A stretch of 32,000 bases of DNA from Vibrio cholerae ATCC 14035. GTDB lineage: Bacteria > Pseudomonadota > Gammaproteobacteria > Enterobacterales > Vibrionaceae. The position numbers and the translations under genes were made by a program. The notes beneath the pieces are model-generated. The model had not been told where the DNA came from. It made no database searches and worked only from the letters and a program-made list of their open reading frames with translations. Each line of letters begins with the position of its first letter. Positions within the stretch are counted from its first letter, which is position 1. Shown piece after piece: positions 31,219 through 32,000 of the stretch. The stretch lies in assembly GCF_000621645.1 (NCBI RefSeq), contig NZ_JHXR01000003.1, positions 120,001 to 152,000 of the forward strand, in the 5' to 3' direction.

Positions 31219-31935
31219 TTAATCTTCTAAATCACCACAGAAGCGGTAGCCTTCACCGTGAATGGTGGCAATGATTTCTGGCGTACCTGACACAGATTCA
31301 AAGTGCTTACGGATACGACGAATAGTTACATCAACAGTACGATCGTGTGGTTTGAGTTCACGGCCTGTCATCTTTTTCAGGAGATCGGCACGAGTTTGAA
31401 TTTTGCCCGGATTTTCACAGAAGTGCAGCAGAGCACGGAACTCAGAACGTGGCAGCTTGTAGCTATCACCATCAGGGCTCACCAGTGAACGACTGTTGAT
31501 GTCCAGTTCCCAACCATTAAACACGTATTTTTCGACGCTACGTTTTTCTTCTTGTGTGGTGCCCGCATGCATTGAGCGGCTCAACAAGTTACGTGCGCGA
31601 ATGGTTAATTCACGTGGGTTGAAAGGCTTGGTGATGTAATCATCTGCGCCGATCTCTAGGCCCAGAATCTTATCTACTTCATTGTCGCGACCGGTCAGGA
31701 ACATCAGCGCTACATCCGCTTGTTCACGCAGTTCGCGTGCAAGCAGCAGGCCATTTTTTCCTGGCAGGTTGATGTCCATAATCACCAAGTTAATTGGATA
31801 ATCGGACAGCACTTGGTGCATCTCTTCACCATTGCTGGCCTCAAAAACAGCGTATCCCTCTGCTTCAAAAATACTCTTAAGAGTGTTACGAGTTACTTGC
31901 TCGTCTTCGACGATAAGGATCTGCGGGGTTTGCAT
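31219..31935 (-). CDS. arcA: Aerobic respiration control response regulator ArcA (OmpR family)
   Basis: The 238-aa product begins [28 protein letters not shown] and ends [17 protein letters not shown]. It is nearly identical in pattern to E. coli ArcA. Confidence 0.97.
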   Translation of the reverse strand: MQTPQILIVEDEQVTRNTLKSIFEAEGYAVFEASNGEEMHQVLSDYPINLVIMDINLPGKNGLLLARELREQADVALMFLTGRDNEVDKILGLEIGADDYITKPFNPRELTIRARNLLSRSMHAGTTQEEKRSVEKYVFNGWELDINSRSLVSPDGDSYKLPRSEFRALLHFCENPGKIQTRADLLKKMTGRELKPHDRTVDVTIRRIRKHFESVSGTPEIIATIHGEGYRFCGDLED

Positions 31936-32000
31936 TAGCGTTACCTAAACTTGTGAAAAAATCGTGCTAGTAGAAGTCATTCTAGGCAAAAAGATTACAT

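Overview
The window looks like a gamma-proteobacterial, Vibrio-like chromosomal segment. Gene order and protein sequences resemble V. cholerae, but that is from memory; no search was run. Most of it is housekeeping: the carB 3' end, yfcA-like and LysR genes, a mtnN-cobD-btuF-yadS operon, a DUF1499 lipoprotein, two adjacent glutamate synthase (GOGAT) operons of different lineages, yhcC, a PAS-GGDEF cyclase, arcB and arcA. The exception is a ~3.6 kb very AT-rich islet at about 3540-7130, between a small hypothetical gene and yfcA. It carries a complete retron on the minus strand. The retron has a candidate promoter and an msr/msd non-coding RNA with a1/a2 repeats, a conserved AGC branch site and a perfect 30-bp msd stem. 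These are followed by a retron-type reverse transcriptase, an ABC/SMC-like ATPase and an HNH nuclease. This RT + ATPase + HNH layout is that of retron anti-phage defence systems with Septu-like (PtuA/PtuB-like) effectors. From memory it matches the architecture of V. cholerae retron-Vc95 (ret, orf540, orf205). In this sequence the ATPase is split by a 1-nt frameshift in a T7 homopolymer; adding one T restores a 540-codon ORF. Lesser observations are a G12 tract, paired ArcA-box-like AT-rich repeats upstream of gltB, a palindrome-rich divergent yhcC/GOGAT intergenic region, a 71-bp convergent gene overlap and a 16-bp tandem duplication. No tRNA, rRNA, CRISPR array, integrase or transposase was seen by eye.
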